Shown here: positions 26,083 to 26,503 of the stretch, in pieces
Numbering within the stretch: the stretch's first letter is position 1
Layout: every line of letters starts with the position of its first letter
DNA from: a virus
Lineage: Duplodnaviria; Caudoviricetes
Reading direction: 5' to 3' (one strand)
DNA: 26,503 bases
Virus record (IMG/VR): IMGVR_UViG_3300030105_002953
Coordinates: 1 to 26,503 of that record
Translations under genes and position numbers: made by a program
The notes under the pieces: model-generated
What the model was told of the DNA's origin: nothing
Databases searched by the model: none
Seen by the model: the letters and a program-made list of their open reading frames with translations, nothing else

Positions 26083-26503
26083 ATGAGTGCATTTCTTAAC
26101 GAATATATAGTAACACCAACAGTTTCAGGGGAATCTATTGGTTCAATAAATGTTGTAAATGTGAGTGGTGGTACAGCACCTTGGAGTGTTAGTTGGTCTG
26201 GTGCGACAGTAAATGGGTATGTAACATCTACTCAGTGGGACCAGAGTAATTTATCCGAAGGTCTTTATAAGGCTACCATTACCGATTCAAAGGGTAATGT
26301 TGGTACGACTAATGTTAACCTAGTAGCTTACCCAAACCCAACATTTTCAGCGGACATAACATCGTCTCTATGTGTTACAAATCCAAATCAACACTGTGAA
26401 GTTACGGTATATTCATCAGGTACTAATAATTTATTTAGTCAATATACCGCTTCCACCTTTAATTATTCACTATATAAAGATGGTGCTTTATTACAACAAA
26501 AAA
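26083..26503 (+). CDS. SprB-repeat-containing protein, 3'-truncated (absent from the supplied ORF track)
   Basis: Own translation from ATG 26083 is open to the window end: MSAFLNEYIVTPTVSGESIGSINVVNVSGGTAPWSVSWSG...SNLSEGLYKATITDSKG. This matches the SprB repeat pattern GSI.V.VSGGT.PY.YSW...NL..G.Y.V.VTD..G. Confidence 0.78.
   Translation, partial: MSAFLNEYIVTPTVSGESIGSINVVNVSGGTAPWSVSWSGATVNGYVTSTQWDQSNLSEGLYKATITDSKGNVGTTNVNLVAYPNPTFSADITSSLCVTNPNQHCEVTVYSSGTNNLFSQYTASTFNYSLYKDGALLQQK

Larger units (their letters stand above)
1..26503 (+). mobile_element. Segment of a large myovirus-like phage genome (replication module followed by baseplate/tail module), probable Bacteroidota host
   Basis: Phage-type helicase and class II RNR lie next to gp25-like, gp6/J-like and gpI-like baseplate genes. 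Genes are single-stranded in orientation and abut each other. No cellular housekeeping genes, integrase or att site are seen. Confidence 0.9.

Noticed and set aside
3403-26503. Bacterial extracellular contractile injection system/T6SS, or a eukaryotic giant virus
   Set aside because: Direct linkage to a phage-type helicase and RNR argues against eCIS/T6SS. The gp25/gp6 baseplate genes and coupled operon structure argue against an NCLDV.

Overview
An AT-rich, gene-dense fragment of a large contractile-tailed (myovirus-like) dsDNA phage genome. All 15 credible genes are on the + strand. The left end (1-3185) is a replication/nucleotide module: a 5'-truncated DnaB/gp41-like helicase, a B12-dependent class II ribonucleotide reductase and an overlapping DUF5522-like Cys/His microprotein. 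From about 3150 a late structural module follows: a small possible head-internal protein, gp25-like and gp6/baseplate-J-like wedge proteins, a P2 gpI/gp7-like wedge protein and several 1000+ aa putative baseplate/appendage proteins, ending in a truncated SprB-repeat protein. SD-less A-rich start regions, a TAnnTTTG element and the SprB repeat point to a Bacteroidota host (inference). The main oddities are: (i) two adjacent 1000-aa signal-peptide-less proteins with about 63 Cys each, built from cell-surface-adhesin-like repeats and possibly the split halves of one conserved structural gene; (ii) a baseplate-region protein with a 48-aa membrane-type segment; (iii) no GATC found in 26.5 kb; (iv) a TATTTAT candidate late promoter. 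Family assignments come from motif recognition by eye, not database searches.
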